NCBI GenBank assembly: GCA_002421665.1
Contig: DISH01000004.1
Coordinates: 245,109-309,108, forward strand
Length of the DNA stretch: 64,000 bases
Reading direction: 5' to 3'
Source of the DNA: Candidatus Omnitrophica bacterium UBA6215
Lineage (GTDB): Bacteria; Omnitrophota; Gorgyraeia; Pluralincolimonadales; Pluralincolimonadaceae
The notes below the pieces were generated by a model. It was not told the origin of the DNA. It searched no databases and worked only from the letters and a program-made list of their open reading frames with translations. Position 1 is the first letter of the stretch. Each line of letters opens with the position of its first letter. The translations under genes and the position numbers were made by a program. Below are positions 1 to 9,441 of the stretch, piece after piece.

Positions 1-209
1 CGGGCTCCGGTATCTCTTACGCGGGTTACGGGATAGACAGCGTTACCACTTTCCTTGGGGATGTACTGGATATAGAGGAGGGAAAGAGGAGAGTATCGTG
101 GTTTGAAGGCAGGAGGCCTACTTTCAAGGATTCGATAGTTTCGACCAAAGTCCTTGAGGCCGTTAACAGGAGCCTTAAGACGGACGGTAAATGGGTGGAG
201 ATAAAGTAG
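1..209 (+). CDS. 3' end of an upstream gene (partial, unknown function)
   Basis: Frame 3 is open from the window edge to TAG at 207-209 (...VLEAVNRSLKTDGKWVEIK*). Protein-like composition, no recognisable motif. Confidence 0.35.
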   Translation, partial: GSGISYAGYGIDSVTTFLGDVLDIEEGKRRVSWFEGRRPTFKDSIVSTKVLEAVNRSLKTDGKWVEIK

Positions 210-211
210 CG

Positions 212-1267
212 ATGGGCGGCGTAAAGATATCCGGGAAAAAACTGCACTGCTTCATTAACAAGACCCTTATTAAGGCCGGCGCAAGGAAAGACGTGGCCGG
301 CTATGTGTCCGGAGGGTTGATACAGACTTCCCTGCGCGGTGTTGATTCGCACGGTGTGAGGTTACTGCCCCATTACATTGCTTCGATGAAAGCCGGCAGG
401 ATCAACCCCGATCCGAAATACAGGTTCAGGAAGACATCTTTTTCCACGGGGACCCTGGACGGCGACCATACCTTCGGTCATGCCGCAGGAATGGAAGCGG
501 CAAGGAAGGCCGTAGAGTTGGCTCGAAAATCCGGCACCGGCCATGTAGCGGTCTGTAATTCCACGCATTTCGGGGCAGCCGCATATTATTCCCTCGAAAT
601 AGCGAAGCATGACATGATAGGCCTGAGTTTTACCCATGCTGATTCGCTTATGAAGACCTACGCGGGCAAAAGGGCTTTCCTCGGCACGAACCCCATCTCG
701 TTCACCGCGCCGATACAGGGCGAAGGTCCGCTTTGCCTGGATATGGCAACAACCCTGTATAACTTCAACAAGGTTAAGCAGCTTAGGGAACATGGGCTTG
801 ACGCGCCTGAAGGTGTAGGGGCGGATGAGGGCGGTTTTGACACTACGGACCCCCACAAGATCTCAATGCTTTTGCCGATAGGCGGATACAAGGGTTACGG
901 TTTGAGCCTTATGGTCGAGGTCCTGTGCGGTATCCTTACGGGTATGCCTTATGGTCCTCATATATCCAGTATGTTCAAGGCGCCTCTTAGCCAGAAGAGG
1001 TTCTTGGGTCATTTTATATGCGCTATAAAGATCGATTGTTTCCAGGACAAGAAGGTTTTTAAGAAAAGGATGGCCGCCCTGGTAAGGGAGCTGCGCAGGG
1101 AGCCGTCCATAGAAAAAGGCCGTCAAGTCCAGGTTGCCGGGGATCCGGAGAAGAAGACCTTTGCGCGAAGGATGAAAGAGGGTATTCCTTTGAGTGCGGC
1201 TGAATTCGAGGATTTCAACAGGCTATCGGATGAATATGGTGTTAAATTGGAGATCATATCGGATTGA
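212..1267 (+). CDS. Ldh_2 family (malate/L-lactate/sulfolactate-type) 2-hydroxyacid dehydrogenase
   Basis: Family-typical N-terminus ...LRGVDSHGVRLLPHY..., then TGHVAVCNSTHFGAAAYY and GTNPISFTAP. Alternative ATG at 191 overlaps the upstream stop. Confidence 0.8.
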   Translation: MGGVKISGKKLHCFINKTLIKAGARKDVAGYVSGGLIQTSLRGVDSHGVRLLPHYIASMKAGRINPDPKYRFRKTSFSTGTLDGDHTFGHAAGMEAARKAVELARKSGTGHVAVCNSTHFGAAAYYSLEIAKHDMIGLSFTHADSLMKTYAGKRAFLGTNPISFTAPIQGEGPLCLDMATTLYNFNKVKQLREHGLDAPEGVGADEGGFDTTDPHKISMLLPIGGYKGYGLSLMVEVLCGILTGMPYGPHISSMFKAPLSQKRFLGHFICAIKIDCFQDKKVFKKRMAALVRELRREPSIEKGRQVQVAGDPEKKTFARRMKEGIPLSAAEFEDFNRLSDEYGVKLEIISD

Positions 1268-2934
1268 TTCCTGCGGCCATAAGTAAAGCCGATTTCGTCA
1301 TCATAATACCTCCTGCGGGAGTTAAGAATACCGTCTATCCGCCTTACGGGGCAATGTACATAGCCGGCGCAGTCAGGAGGATGGGACTTATCCCGGCGAT
1401 AATCAACGTCGACACCGAGAGGATATCGAACGAAGCTATAATCGACCGGGTCAGGCAGATCTCCCCGAAATATATAGGTTTCAGCGGGATAGTCGCGCCG
1501 TCGTATAAATATATAAAGGCTTTGAGCCGTCAGATAAAGTCCGCGTTCCCGGACAGGGTCCAGATACTCGGCGGCGGCCTTTCCAGCGCTGCAGGTCCGG
1601 TATTAAAGAACACCCCGATAGATTACGTTGTTGCCGGGGAAGGCGACAGGACAATAGTAGAGCTTCTAGCTGCCCTTGAGAATGGGGTCTCCGCCGACGG
1701 TGTCGCCGGGATGTATATCAGGGACGGGGAAAATTTCAGGCATACCGGCACCAGGAGACTGATAGCCCGCTTAGACGAGATCCCGTATCCGGCCTTTGAC
1801 CTTGTCGATATGGACAGGTATATGCCCGACGGCGTTGAGTTCATACGCAATTTTATCCCGGGTATCAGGGATAAGAGGATACTTGATCCGCGCAGGAAGA
1901 GTAAGATGATGACCATTCCCACGAGCAGGGGCTGTTTCGGGAAATGTTCTTTCTGTTTCAGGGCTTATCCCGGGATAAGGATCAATTCGATAAAGTATGT
2001 CTTTGACCTGATAGAATATTGTATGGACAAGTTCGGGGCAGGTTTCTTCTCGCTGGGAGATGAATGTTTCGCCCCGAATAAGGAGAGGAACTGGGAATTC
2101 ATTGAGGAATACAAGAGAAGGAAGATGGATTTTGTTTTCAGGATACTCGGGATGCGGGTGGATACCGTTGACAAGGAGATACTGAAGGCTTACAGAGAGA
2201 TAGGCTGCTGGATGATCGAGTACGGTTTTGAGGCCGGTAACCAGAAGATGCTTAACGTAATAGATAAGCGTGTTACGGTCGAACAGAACAGGCAGACTGC
2301 GCTCTGGACCAGCCAGGCCGGGATATACACTTCTCCGACGCTTGTCCTCGCGATGCCGGGAGAGACGGACAAGACGGTATCCGAATCCGCCGATTTCATC
2401 AAGTCCCTGGGGCTCGGTTATAAGCAGTACCAGTGGTCATACGCCTTGCCTATACCCGGTTCGCCCCTGTATGAGTTCGCGCGGCTTTCAGGTGCTATTG
2501 AGGATGAAGATGAGTATCTTGATTCTATTGACGGCAAGGTTGCAGGTGCTGGCGTCTTCCACGTCAACCTTACGGATGAGCCTGATGCCGTGGTGGCTTC
2601 ATGGGCGGACAGGATAAAGACCGAGATAGACGATGATTGCCTCAGGCGCCGATACGGATCACGTGTTTTGGCGGCTTTCATGGCGCTTGTCAAAAAAATA
2701 GGTATTCACTTGGCCAACGGGGATTTAGGCGCGGTGATAGCCGATAAAATGCGTTCACTTGCTTCCCCTGCGTCTCCGGTTAAAACGCCGGAAGGGTCCG
2801 TAATCAGGTTCAGGAAGAAGAGAGAGATGGTTTTTGAGGATCTAATAAAGGATATGGATTATAAGGCGATAAACAGGCAGATGGCGCTTTGCGAAGTCAA
2901 TGCGCGGCTCAGGGAGAGGCGGAATGGGGCTTAG
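1264..2934 (+). CDS. B12-binding domain radical SAM protein (class B rSAM, methyltransferase-like)
   Basis: N-terminal cobalamin-binding-like region (VVAGEGDRTIVELL), then rSAM cluster motif TSRGCFGKCSFC. TTG start overlapping the upstream stop (TTGA). Confidence 0.85.
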   Translation: MIPAAISKADFVIIIPPAGVKNTVYPPYGAMYIAGAVRRMGLIPAIINVDTERISNEAIIDRVRQISPKYIGFSGIVAPSYKYIKALSRQIKSAFPDRVQILGGGLSSAAGPVLKNTPIDYVVAGEGDRTIVELLAALENGVSADGVAGMYIRDGENFRHTGTRRLIARLDEIPYPAFDLVDMDRYMPDGVEFIRNFIPGIRDKRILDPRRKSKMMTIPTSRGCFGKCSFCFRAYPGIRINSIKYVFDLIEYCMDKFGAGFFSLGDECFAPNKERNWEFIEEYKRRKMDFVFRILGMRVDTVDKEILKAYREIGCWMIEYGFEAGNQKMLNVIDKRVTVEQNRQTALWTSQAGIYTSPTLVLAMPGETDKTVSESADFIKSLGLGYKQYQWSYALPIPGSPLYEFARLSGAIEDEDEYLDSIDGKVAGAGVFHVNLTDEPDAVVASWADRIKTEIDDDCLRRRYGSRVLAAFMALVKKIGIHLANGDLGAVIADKMRSLASPASPVKTPEGSVIRFRKKREMVFEDLIKDMDYKAINRQMALCEVNARLRERRNGA

Positions 2935-3703
2935 GATCGAAGCTGTCGGGATGATAAGGAGCGCGCTAACGCTGCTTCCGAAAGGAGCCTCATGCCTCGT
3001 TATGGGCGCCCTCGATTGTGATTTCAGCCTGAAGGACCTCATACGCAAGTACCCGGAATACGGGAAGGTGTTTAAGCCTGCCGCGGGGGATCCGCGCTCC
3101 TGCGAACTTAAGGCCGTCCTCGGGGCGCTAGGGTGCGGGGATGTCAATACGATCGATATTAACGAAAGGGCCGATATCAAGACAGACCTTTCATCAACCG
3201 TCGAAAGTTCTTTAACGGGGAAGGCCGATCTCATACTGGATTGCGGGACCCTGGAGCACATATTTGACACCAAGTCCGCCGTTGTAAATATGAACCTTAT
3301 GCTCAAGAAAGGCGGGATAATAATACATATGAGCCCTGTGTCGTTTTACGGGCACGGATTCGTAAATTTTAACCCCTCATATTTCGATTCTCTATACGCG
3401 GGATCCGGATATGACCAGATTTTTAGGATGATGAACGTGACCGTATATAATCCTTTTTTCGTGATAGACACTTCGCGGTTGTCCGCGTTCCCGGCATTTA
3501 TATGCAAGGCCGTTAATAAAATTATGGTAAGGGCCCCGCTCTTCAGGTTTAACGTAAATTTGCCGTTGCGAGGGCAGAAGAAGAGATTTTCGTTATTTGA
3601 GTCCGCCATATCGCAGTTCGGCATGCCGAAGAACCTGGTGTATTGCTGCGTGTACAGGAAGACGACGGAGGCGCTTAAGATACCCTATGACGTGTGGGAG
3701 TGA
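2924..3703 (+). CDS. putative class I SAM-dependent methyltransferase
   Basis: DLILDCGTLEHIFD ... LMLKKGGIIIH resembles post-motif-I/II regions of class I MTs. Start uncertain (the ORF is open from 2900). Confidence 0.5.
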   Translation: MGLRIEAVGMIRSALTLLPKGASCLVMGALDCDFSLKDLIRKYPEYGKVFKPAAGDPRSCELKAVLGALGCGDVNTIDINERADIKTDLSSTVESSLTGKADLILDCGTLEHIFDTKSAVVNMNLMLKKGGIIIHMSPVSFYGHGFVNFNPSYFDSLYAGSGYDQIFRMMNVTVYNPFFVIDTSRLSAFPAFICKAVNKIMVRAPLFRFNVNLPLRGQKKRFSLFESAISQFGMPKNLVYCCVYRKTTEALKIPYDVWE

Positions 3704-3705
3704 AC

Positions 3706-4743
3706 ATGCGCGTCGCTAAGAACTTATTGGGTCCCGACTACTGCTATGACCCGTCAAGGACAGCGGATACGCTCAACCCGGGGCAGAAAGAGGCGAGAGA
3801 GGAGTTCTTGAGGGAGATAGACTCAAAGGGACTTTATACAGTACTCGAGAGGTGCCCTTTTTGCGGCAATGAAGCGTGTACACAGATCTCCGAAACGGAT
3901 GCCAGGGGTCTTCCCTGCGCTATCGCGGTATGTGACAGGTGCGGCGGTTGTTTTAAGCTTAAGGTTTTTACGCCTGAGGCCGCCGCGTTTCATTATGGAA
4001 AGATATCATACCGGCTAAGGGGTAAAGACCCGTGCACGCGGGCGGTTGAGAAGCTGTTTTGGGACAGGGTGAAGATGTTCGCCTGTCCGCGCTACAATTT
4101 CATAAGGCGTTTCGTAAAACTTGAGCCCGGCAGGGACCTGGTTGCGGAGTTCGGGTGCGGTGACGGCGCGAACCTGATGCCATGGAAGAAGAACGGGTTC
4201 GATGTGCTCGGGATCGAATATGATCCGGCTATGTGCAGGTTCGGGCGCGAAAAAGGGATGGACCTGGTACCGGCTGACTTTATGACCTATGAATTCGGAG
4301 ACAGGAAGCCGAATCTGGTGATACTCTCCCATTTTCTCGAGCATGTGCCGGATATATCTGCGGTGCTCAGCCGATTGCGTTCGGTAGCCGGGCCTAAGGG
4401 AAAAGTTTTTATCGAGGTACCGGGCGCAAGGGTCCACGGGATAAGGAAACCTCTGTCGGGATTCGACGTGGAGCATAACTATTATTTTGATCTGGGCTCG
4501 CTCTCAGGAGTTCTGGAAAAGAACGGGTTTAGTAAGGATTACGGCGATGAGTTCATCCGGGTTATGTGCTCCTCGACTTGCGCCCGGCCGGCAGCCTTCC
4601 CTGCAAAACCGGGTTACAGAAGGCTCGGTGATATCATGAGAGATGCAGAGGAAGGCAGATTGAGGATAAAGCTGCTTGATAAATTCAATAATGTATATTA
4701 CAGGCTGCGCTACGCGGCCATATCCGCAGGAGCCAAATTATGA
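3706..4743 (+). CDS. SAM-dependent methyltransferase with N-terminal Cys4 zinc-ribbon (sugar C-methyltransferase-like architecture)
   Basis: CPFCGN...CDRCGG zinc ribbon followed by MT motif I EFGCGDGANL. The ATG at 3706 lies 3 nt past the upstream stop (a GTG at 3694 is also possible). Confidence 0.7.
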   Translation: MRVAKNLLGPDYCYDPSRTADTLNPGQKEAREEFLREIDSKGLYTVLERCPFCGNEACTQISETDARGLPCAIAVCDRCGGCFKLKVFTPEAAAFHYGKISYRLRGKDPCTRAVEKLFWDRVKMFACPRYNFIRRFVKLEPGRDLVAEFGCGDGANLMPWKKNGFDVLGIEYDPAMCRFGREKGMDLVPADFMTYEFGDRKPNLVILSHFLEHVPDISAVLSRLRSVAGPKGKVFIEVPGARVHGIRKPLSGFDVEHNYYFDLGSLSGVLEKNGFSKDYGDEFIRVMCSSTCARPAAFPAKPGYRRLGDIMRDAEEGRLRIKLLDKFNNVYYRLRYAAISAGAKL

Positions 4744-5471
4744 AAAAGGCAGGGACTATAGCGATGATACCCGCGAGGATGGGCAGTACGAGATTGGCCA
4801 TGAAGAACCTCGCTTTGGTAGCCGGAAAGCCTATGATCTATTACGCGATAAAGGCCGCGAAGGATTCACGCGTTTTCGACAGGATAGTAGTTAACTCGGA
4901 GAGCGATGTTTTTGCGCGAATAGCGAAACGCTACGGTGTGGATTTCTATAAAAGGCCGGAACAGTGGGCCGGTTCGACGGTCAAATCTGATTTTGTGGTC
5001 TACGATTTTATTTCAAATAACCCGTGCGATATGGTAGCCTGGGTGAACCCGACGTCGCCGTTGCAGCAAGCCGATGAGGTAAGGCGCGCGGTTGAGCATT
5101 TCAAGAAAGAAAAGCTCGATTCGATGATAACGGTCAAGGATGAGCAGGTCCATTGCGTTTACCGCGGTAAACCGGTCAATTTTGACATTAAAAAGGTGTT
5201 TGCACAGACCCAGGACCTACTTCCCGTACAACCTTTCGTGTATTCGGTGATGATGTGGAAATCTGATATATTCAGGAGCGAGTTCGAGAAGAGAGGTCGA
5301 GCTTTCTTTTGCGGAAAGACGGGATATTTTCCCGTAAGCAAGCTCTCGGCCGTCATAATAAAAAGACAGGAGGACCTTATGCTTGCGGATTACCTGTTGA
5401 AGTCATTGTCAAGAGGCGCTGCTTACAGGGTCCGTTACGATAAACTCGCCGTAAAAGGCAGGAGAGGTTAA
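4740..5471 (+). CDS. acylneuraminate/Kdo-type cytidylyltransferase (CTP_transf_3 family, CMP-sugar synthetase)
   Basis: Hallmark N-terminus IAMIPARMGSTRLAMKNL...GKPMIYYAI and ~240 aa size. ATGA overlap with the upstream gene. Confidence 0.85.
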   Translation: MKKAGTIAMIPARMGSTRLAMKNLALVAGKPMIYYAIKAAKDSRVFDRIVVNSESDVFARIAKRYGVDFYKRPEQWAGSTVKSDFVVYDFISNNPCDMVAWVNPTSPLQQADEVRRAVEHFKKEKLDSMITVKDEQVHCVYRGKPVNFDIKKVFAQTQDLLPVQPFVYSVMMWKSDIFRSEFEKRGRAFFCGKTGYFPVSKLSAVIIKRQEDLMLADYLLKSLSRGAAYRVRYDKLAVKGRRG

Positions 5472-5472
5472 A

Positions 5473-6819
5473 GTGGGAAAGCTTGTATCTATCATAATAA
5501 GGACTAAAGACGAGGAACGTTGGATAACGCAATGCCTTAACAGCGTATTTGAACAGGAATATAAGGATTTTGAGGTCATACTTGTCGATAATGAGAGCCA
5601 GGACAAAACGCTGGAGAAGGCGAGACAGTTCAAGCTGGCGAAAGTGGTCAAATGCAGCGACTACCTTCCGGGCAAAGCGCTCAACATCGGCATAAATGAA
5701 GCCAGGGGAGAGCTTATCGCCTGCCTGTCAGGGCACTGCATCCCGGTAAACGGCAATTGGCTGGGCAGCCTGGTCAGGGACTTTGATGACGACAAGGTCG
5801 CGGGCGTATACGGTCGCCAGGAACCTATGAGCTTTACCCCTGACATGGACAAACGGGACTTGGCGCTTGTGTTCGGGCTGGACAGGAGGGCGCAGGTCAA
5901 GGACAGTTTTTTCCATAACGCGAACAGCATGATACGCAGGGATATCTGGCAGAAGGAACCCTTCGATGAATCGGTGACGAACATCGAAGACAGGGTCTGG
6001 GCGCAAAAGGTGCTGCAGGCGGGTTACCGTATTATCTACGAGCCCGACGCGAGCGTTTACCATTATCACGGTATCCACCAGGACGGCAACAGGGAAAGGT
6101 GCGCGAATGTCGTGAGGATACTCGAGAACCTGCACGCGGGTTATAATTATAAGTCCATCGATGCCGCCAAGCTTAATACCGTCGCCGTTATACCGGTAAA
6201 GGGCGAGATTAAATATCTTGCCGGTAAGCCGCTGGCGGAATATACGATAAGGCGCGCGCTTGAATCTAAATACATAAAAAACGTAATCATTTCAACCGAC
6301 AACCCGGAATTGGCGAAAATAGCCCGCGATATGGGGGCCAAGGCTCCTTTCCTCAGGGATGCCTCGATGTCCAAGGAATATATAGACATCGGGCGGGTCC
6401 TGCAGTATTCCCTGGGCAGGATCGAGGAGGGAGGTATATTCCCCGACCTCATTGTGAGTCTTGAGATAACTTTTCCGTTCAGGCCCGAAGGCCTGCTTGA
6501 TGACATGATCCTGCAGTTGACGCAGAAAGGCCTCGACAGCGTCATCGCGGTCAAGCCGGAGAATAAGACCGTATGGAAAGAGAATGACGGCAGGCTCATG
6601 CAGATCGAAGGGAGCCTTACTCCCAGGCAGTTCAAGGAACCGAGTTTCCTTGAACTTAAGGGAATAGGCTGTGTTACGCATCCTGAGTTCTTGCGCGAGG
6701 GCAGTCTTTTGGGGGAAAAGGTCGGTATATATGAAATTGACAACCCGTATTCATCCATAGAGGTCAGAGGTGATGAGGATTTCAAGCTGGCGGAAAAACT
6801 CATAAAGGGGTGGTTCTAA
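5473..6819 (+). CDS. bidomain protein: N-terminal GT2 glycosyltransferase fused to C-terminal acylneuraminate-type cytidylyltransferase
   Basis: N-terminal VSIIIRTKDEERWITQCL...VILVDNESQD is a GT2 fold. The C-terminus from ~residue 235 (VAVIPVKGEIKYLAGKPL..., ISTDNPELAKIA) is CTP_transf_3-like. GTG start preceded by GGAGAGG. Confidence 0.8.
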   Translation: MGKLVSIIIRTKDEERWITQCLNSVFEQEYKDFEVILVDNESQDKTLEKARQFKLAKVVKCSDYLPGKALNIGINEARGELIACLSGHCIPVNGNWLGSLVRDFDDDKVAGVYGRQEPMSFTPDMDKRDLALVFGLDRRAQVKDSFFHNANSMIRRDIWQKEPFDESVTNIEDRVWAQKVLQAGYRIIYEPDASVYHYHGIHQDGNRERCANVVRILENLHAGYNYKSIDAAKLNTVAVIPVKGEIKYLAGKPLAEYTIRRALESKYIKNVIISTDNPELAKIARDMGAKAPFLRDASMSKEYIDIGRVLQYSLGRIEEGGIFPDLIVSLEITFPFRPEGLLDDMILQLTQKGLDSVIAVKPENKTVWKENDGRLMQIEGSLTPRQFKEPSFLELKGIGCVTHPEFLREGSLLGEKVGIYEIDNPYSSIEVRGDEDFKLAEKLIKGWF

Positions 6820-6820
6820 A

Positions 6821-7819
6821 GTGAATGTTTTCATAGGCCGCGAATTCGAGAAGTACTATGAGTCTTCTCCCCTGGTCCTGGTTGACGCAGGCGCCAGGGG
6901 AGGTCTCCAGAAGAATTGGAAGCGTGCGCGTAAACATCTTGAGATGATAGGATTTGAGCCCGACACCGCGGAATTTGAAAGACTTTCCGCTTCAAAGCCG
7001 CGCGCGGTGAGATATATAAATACCGCGCTGTACAGCAGGAAAGCGCGGATAAAATTATTCCTGACGAGGAACAGGGGTGTTTCTTCGATATACAGGCCCG
7101 ACGCAGCCTTTCTTGGAAAGTTCCCCGATAAAGAGCGTTATGATATAACCGGCGAGATCGAGACAGATGCGGAACCTCTTGACGGTGTCCTTGCTTTGAA
7201 TGGCATACCTGATGCGGATTTCTTGAAACTGGATACTCAGGGGAGCGAACTTGATATACTTAAGGGAGCTTCCGTGACCGTTGATAAAAAACTTTTTGGC
7301 ATAGAGGCGGAAGCCGAAACCGCACCTGTATATGAGAATCAGCCTCTCCTGGCGGATGTAGACGCTTTCATAAGGTCCAGGGGTTATTTTCTTTTCGATA
7401 TAAGACCGTTTTACTGGAAGAGATCCGCAGGGGTTTTTTACGGCGGTTCTAAGGGGCAAATGATCTTCGCGGACCTGCTCTATCTCAGGGAGCCGGCAAG
7501 CCTTGCGTCGATCATCTCAGGCATACCGGGCGAGGACGCGCGGAGGTCAAAAGTGATGAAAGCCGTCTCCATCTGTGTATTATACGGTTACATTGATTAT
7601 GCTATGGAGATATTCGATTCTTTCGGAGATATGTTCGGCGCCAGGGAAAGAAAGGCTTTCGAGCGCTGCACTCGCGGGAGAGTAACTATAGGAAGAATTA
7701 TACCGGGTTTCAGGGGAAGGGGCAGGCTGGCTGACGCCATACATGCCGTATACAGGATAGTCCATCCTGAATCCAGGGGATGGGTCAAACAAGGCCGCGC
7801 GCTCGGCAATACGGAATAA
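6821..7819 (+). CDS. FkbM-family methyltransferase
   Basis: VLVDAGARGG ... IGFEPD ... FLKLDTQGSELDILKGA matches the FkbM (Methyltransf_21) pattern. GTG start. Confidence 0.8.
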   Translation: MNVFIGREFEKYYESSPLVLVDAGARGGLQKNWKRARKHLEMIGFEPDTAEFERLSASKPRAVRYINTALYSRKARIKLFLTRNRGVSSIYRPDAAFLGKFPDKERYDITGEIETDAEPLDGVLALNGIPDADFLKLDTQGSELDILKGASVTVDKKLFGIEAEAETAPVYENQPLLADVDAFIRSRGYFLFDIRPFYWKRSAGVFYGGSKGQMIFADLLYLREPASLASIISGIPGEDARRSKVMKAVSICVLYGYIDYAMEIFDSFGDMFGARERKAFERCTRGRVTIGRIIPGFRGRGRLADAIHAVYRIVHPESRGWVKQGRALGNTE

Positions 7820-7834
7820 TCAACGGAGATCTTG

Positions 7835-8659
7835 ATGGAAAAATATGAATGCTGGCAAACCGGAGACCATCCGGTCCTTTTTGATTCAAAGGTCTATTAT
7901 CCTTCTTTCTGCCTTGGCAGGGTTTATTCGTTATTCAATGAGTTCAGATTGATGGAGCGCTTTATCGGGCAAGCCGCGTCCGGGACATTGTTAGAGGTCG
8001 GATGTGCAGGAGGGGAGCTCTACAGGTATTTTAAGAATGTATACCCCGGGCTTAAGTATACCGGCGCCGATGTCTCCAAGACTGCGGTTGAGATGGCCGG
8101 GAAGAAATATCCCGAAGGCAGGTTTATCGCCACGGATACCGACCTCGCCGCCCTTAAAGGAACCGGGCCGGAATACCTGTTCTCCAGGGATGTTGTACTG
8201 CATCAGGATAAACCTTTTGATTTTCTCGGGAAATTATGTTCGCTGCCATCAAAAGGGCTCTTTATCAGGTTGAGGACCAGGGACAAGGGACCTACCGAGA
8301 ACGACCCGGAGAAGTCTTGCCAGCGTTACCTGGGAAGCTGGATCCCTTACATGATAATGAATTGCGATGAGCTCATGAATTATATACGTTCACTCGGGGT
8401 TGCTTCCGAAGTCCATATCGTAAAGAACTATATGGTGCTTGGCGGACGAAACAACCGTTATCTTTCGAAAGACTGTTACCTGGAGTCGACGGGGACCTCC
8501 GAGACAGCGCTGTATATTAAGATCGGCAGATCCGCCGGGACGTCTTTTAGCGCGACATCGGCGAAAGAGGATGCGCCCATACCGGTCGTTGACAGGGCCC
8601 TCTATAAATTCATGAAACACGTCGTCAGACCGAAACCTGACGCCAAGGTTTGGTGGTGA
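7835..8659 (+). CDS. class I SAM-dependent methyltransferase
   Basis: Motif I LLEVGCAGGELY. GGAG lies 6 nt upstream of the ATG at 7835 (a TTG at 7832 is also possible). Confidence 0.75.
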   Translation: MEKYECWQTGDHPVLFDSKVYYPSFCLGRVYSLFNEFRLMERFIGQAASGTLLEVGCAGGELYRYFKNVYPGLKYTGADVSKTAVEMAGKKYPEGRFIATDTDLAALKGTGPEYLFSRDVVLHQDKPFDFLGKLCSLPSKGLFIRLRTRDKGPTENDPEKSCQRYLGSWIPYMIMNCDELMNYIRSLGVASEVHIVKNYMVLGGRNNRYLSKDCYLESTGTSETALYIKIGRSAGTSFSATSAKEDAPIPVVDRALYKFMKHVVRPKPDAKVWW

Positions 8660-9441
8660 GCGGCCGCAGGTACTTATGCGGCCTTGGCAGGAAAGTTTTC
8701 CTGCCGTCGAAAGACGACGGTATACTGTCCAGGATCTCGAGGAAGATCTTTGACCTGCGCTTTGTTCTTTTGGACCAAAAGTCCAAAGACCGCCTGAGCA
8801 GGGAAATCTGGAGCGGTGATGCCGGCGGAAGCTGGATAGAGTTCAAGCGCGTAAAATACTTAAAAGGAGAGATGGGCGGTTTCCTGCGCGATGTCCGCGG
8901 GCCGCTGGAGGCTATGGCGACGGATTACTTGAAGAATAACATGCGTTGCGGGAATGTCATTGATATCGGTACCGGCAGCGGTGAATTTTGTTTTGCCCTT
9001 GCGGGGAAGATCCCGAACGTATTATTTACGGGGCTTGACCTTAACCGCGAGGCCGTAACAAAAAACATGGCTGATGCCTGCTCTAAGGGTCTCATGGACA
9101 GGATCGGGTTCGAGTGCGCGGATGCCGTTGAATGGTTCAAGTCCCGGCCCGGGGCAGGAGAATTCCTGGCGTTATCGGTCGGCACACTAAAATTCTTCGT
9201 CCCGGCGCGGCTGAAAGAGCTGATAAAGGCGATGAAGATGTCATCAGGAAAGTTCGCTTTGGGCATCTGTGAAGAATCTGCCCCCGGTTCAACGCGTTCA
9301 ACATATTCCGGTACCATGGGTTACAGGCATGATTATATCTCGCTCTTTAAGCGCGAAGGTCTCGTTCTCGTTTCCGAGAAGAGGTTTTTTGCGGGCGGAA
9401 CGCCCATATTGTGTGCACTTGCCCGCTACGAGGGAAGATGA
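8650..9441 (+). CDS. class I SAM-dependent methyltransferase
   Basis: Motif I VIDIGTGSGEF. Start uncertain: candidates are TTG 8650, ATG 8872 or ATG 8914. Confidence 0.6.
   Translation: MVVSGRRYLCGLGRKVFLPSKDDGILSRISRKIFDLRFVLLDQKSKDRLSREIWSGDAGGSWIEFKRVKYLKGEMGGFLRDVRGPLEAMATDYLKNNMRCGNVIDIGTGSGEFCFALAGKIPNVLFTGLDLNREAVTKNMADACSKGLMDRIGFECADAVEWFKSRPGAGEFLALSVGTLKFFVPARLKELIKAMKMSSGKFALGICEESAPGSTRSTYSGTMGYRHDYISLFKREGLVLVSEKRFFAGGTPILCALARYEGR

Noticed and set aside
26-352. 108-aa minus-strand ORF at the window start
   Set aside because: Overlaps the 3' end of the partial upstream gene and the Ldh_2 gene start; no motifs; likely spurious.
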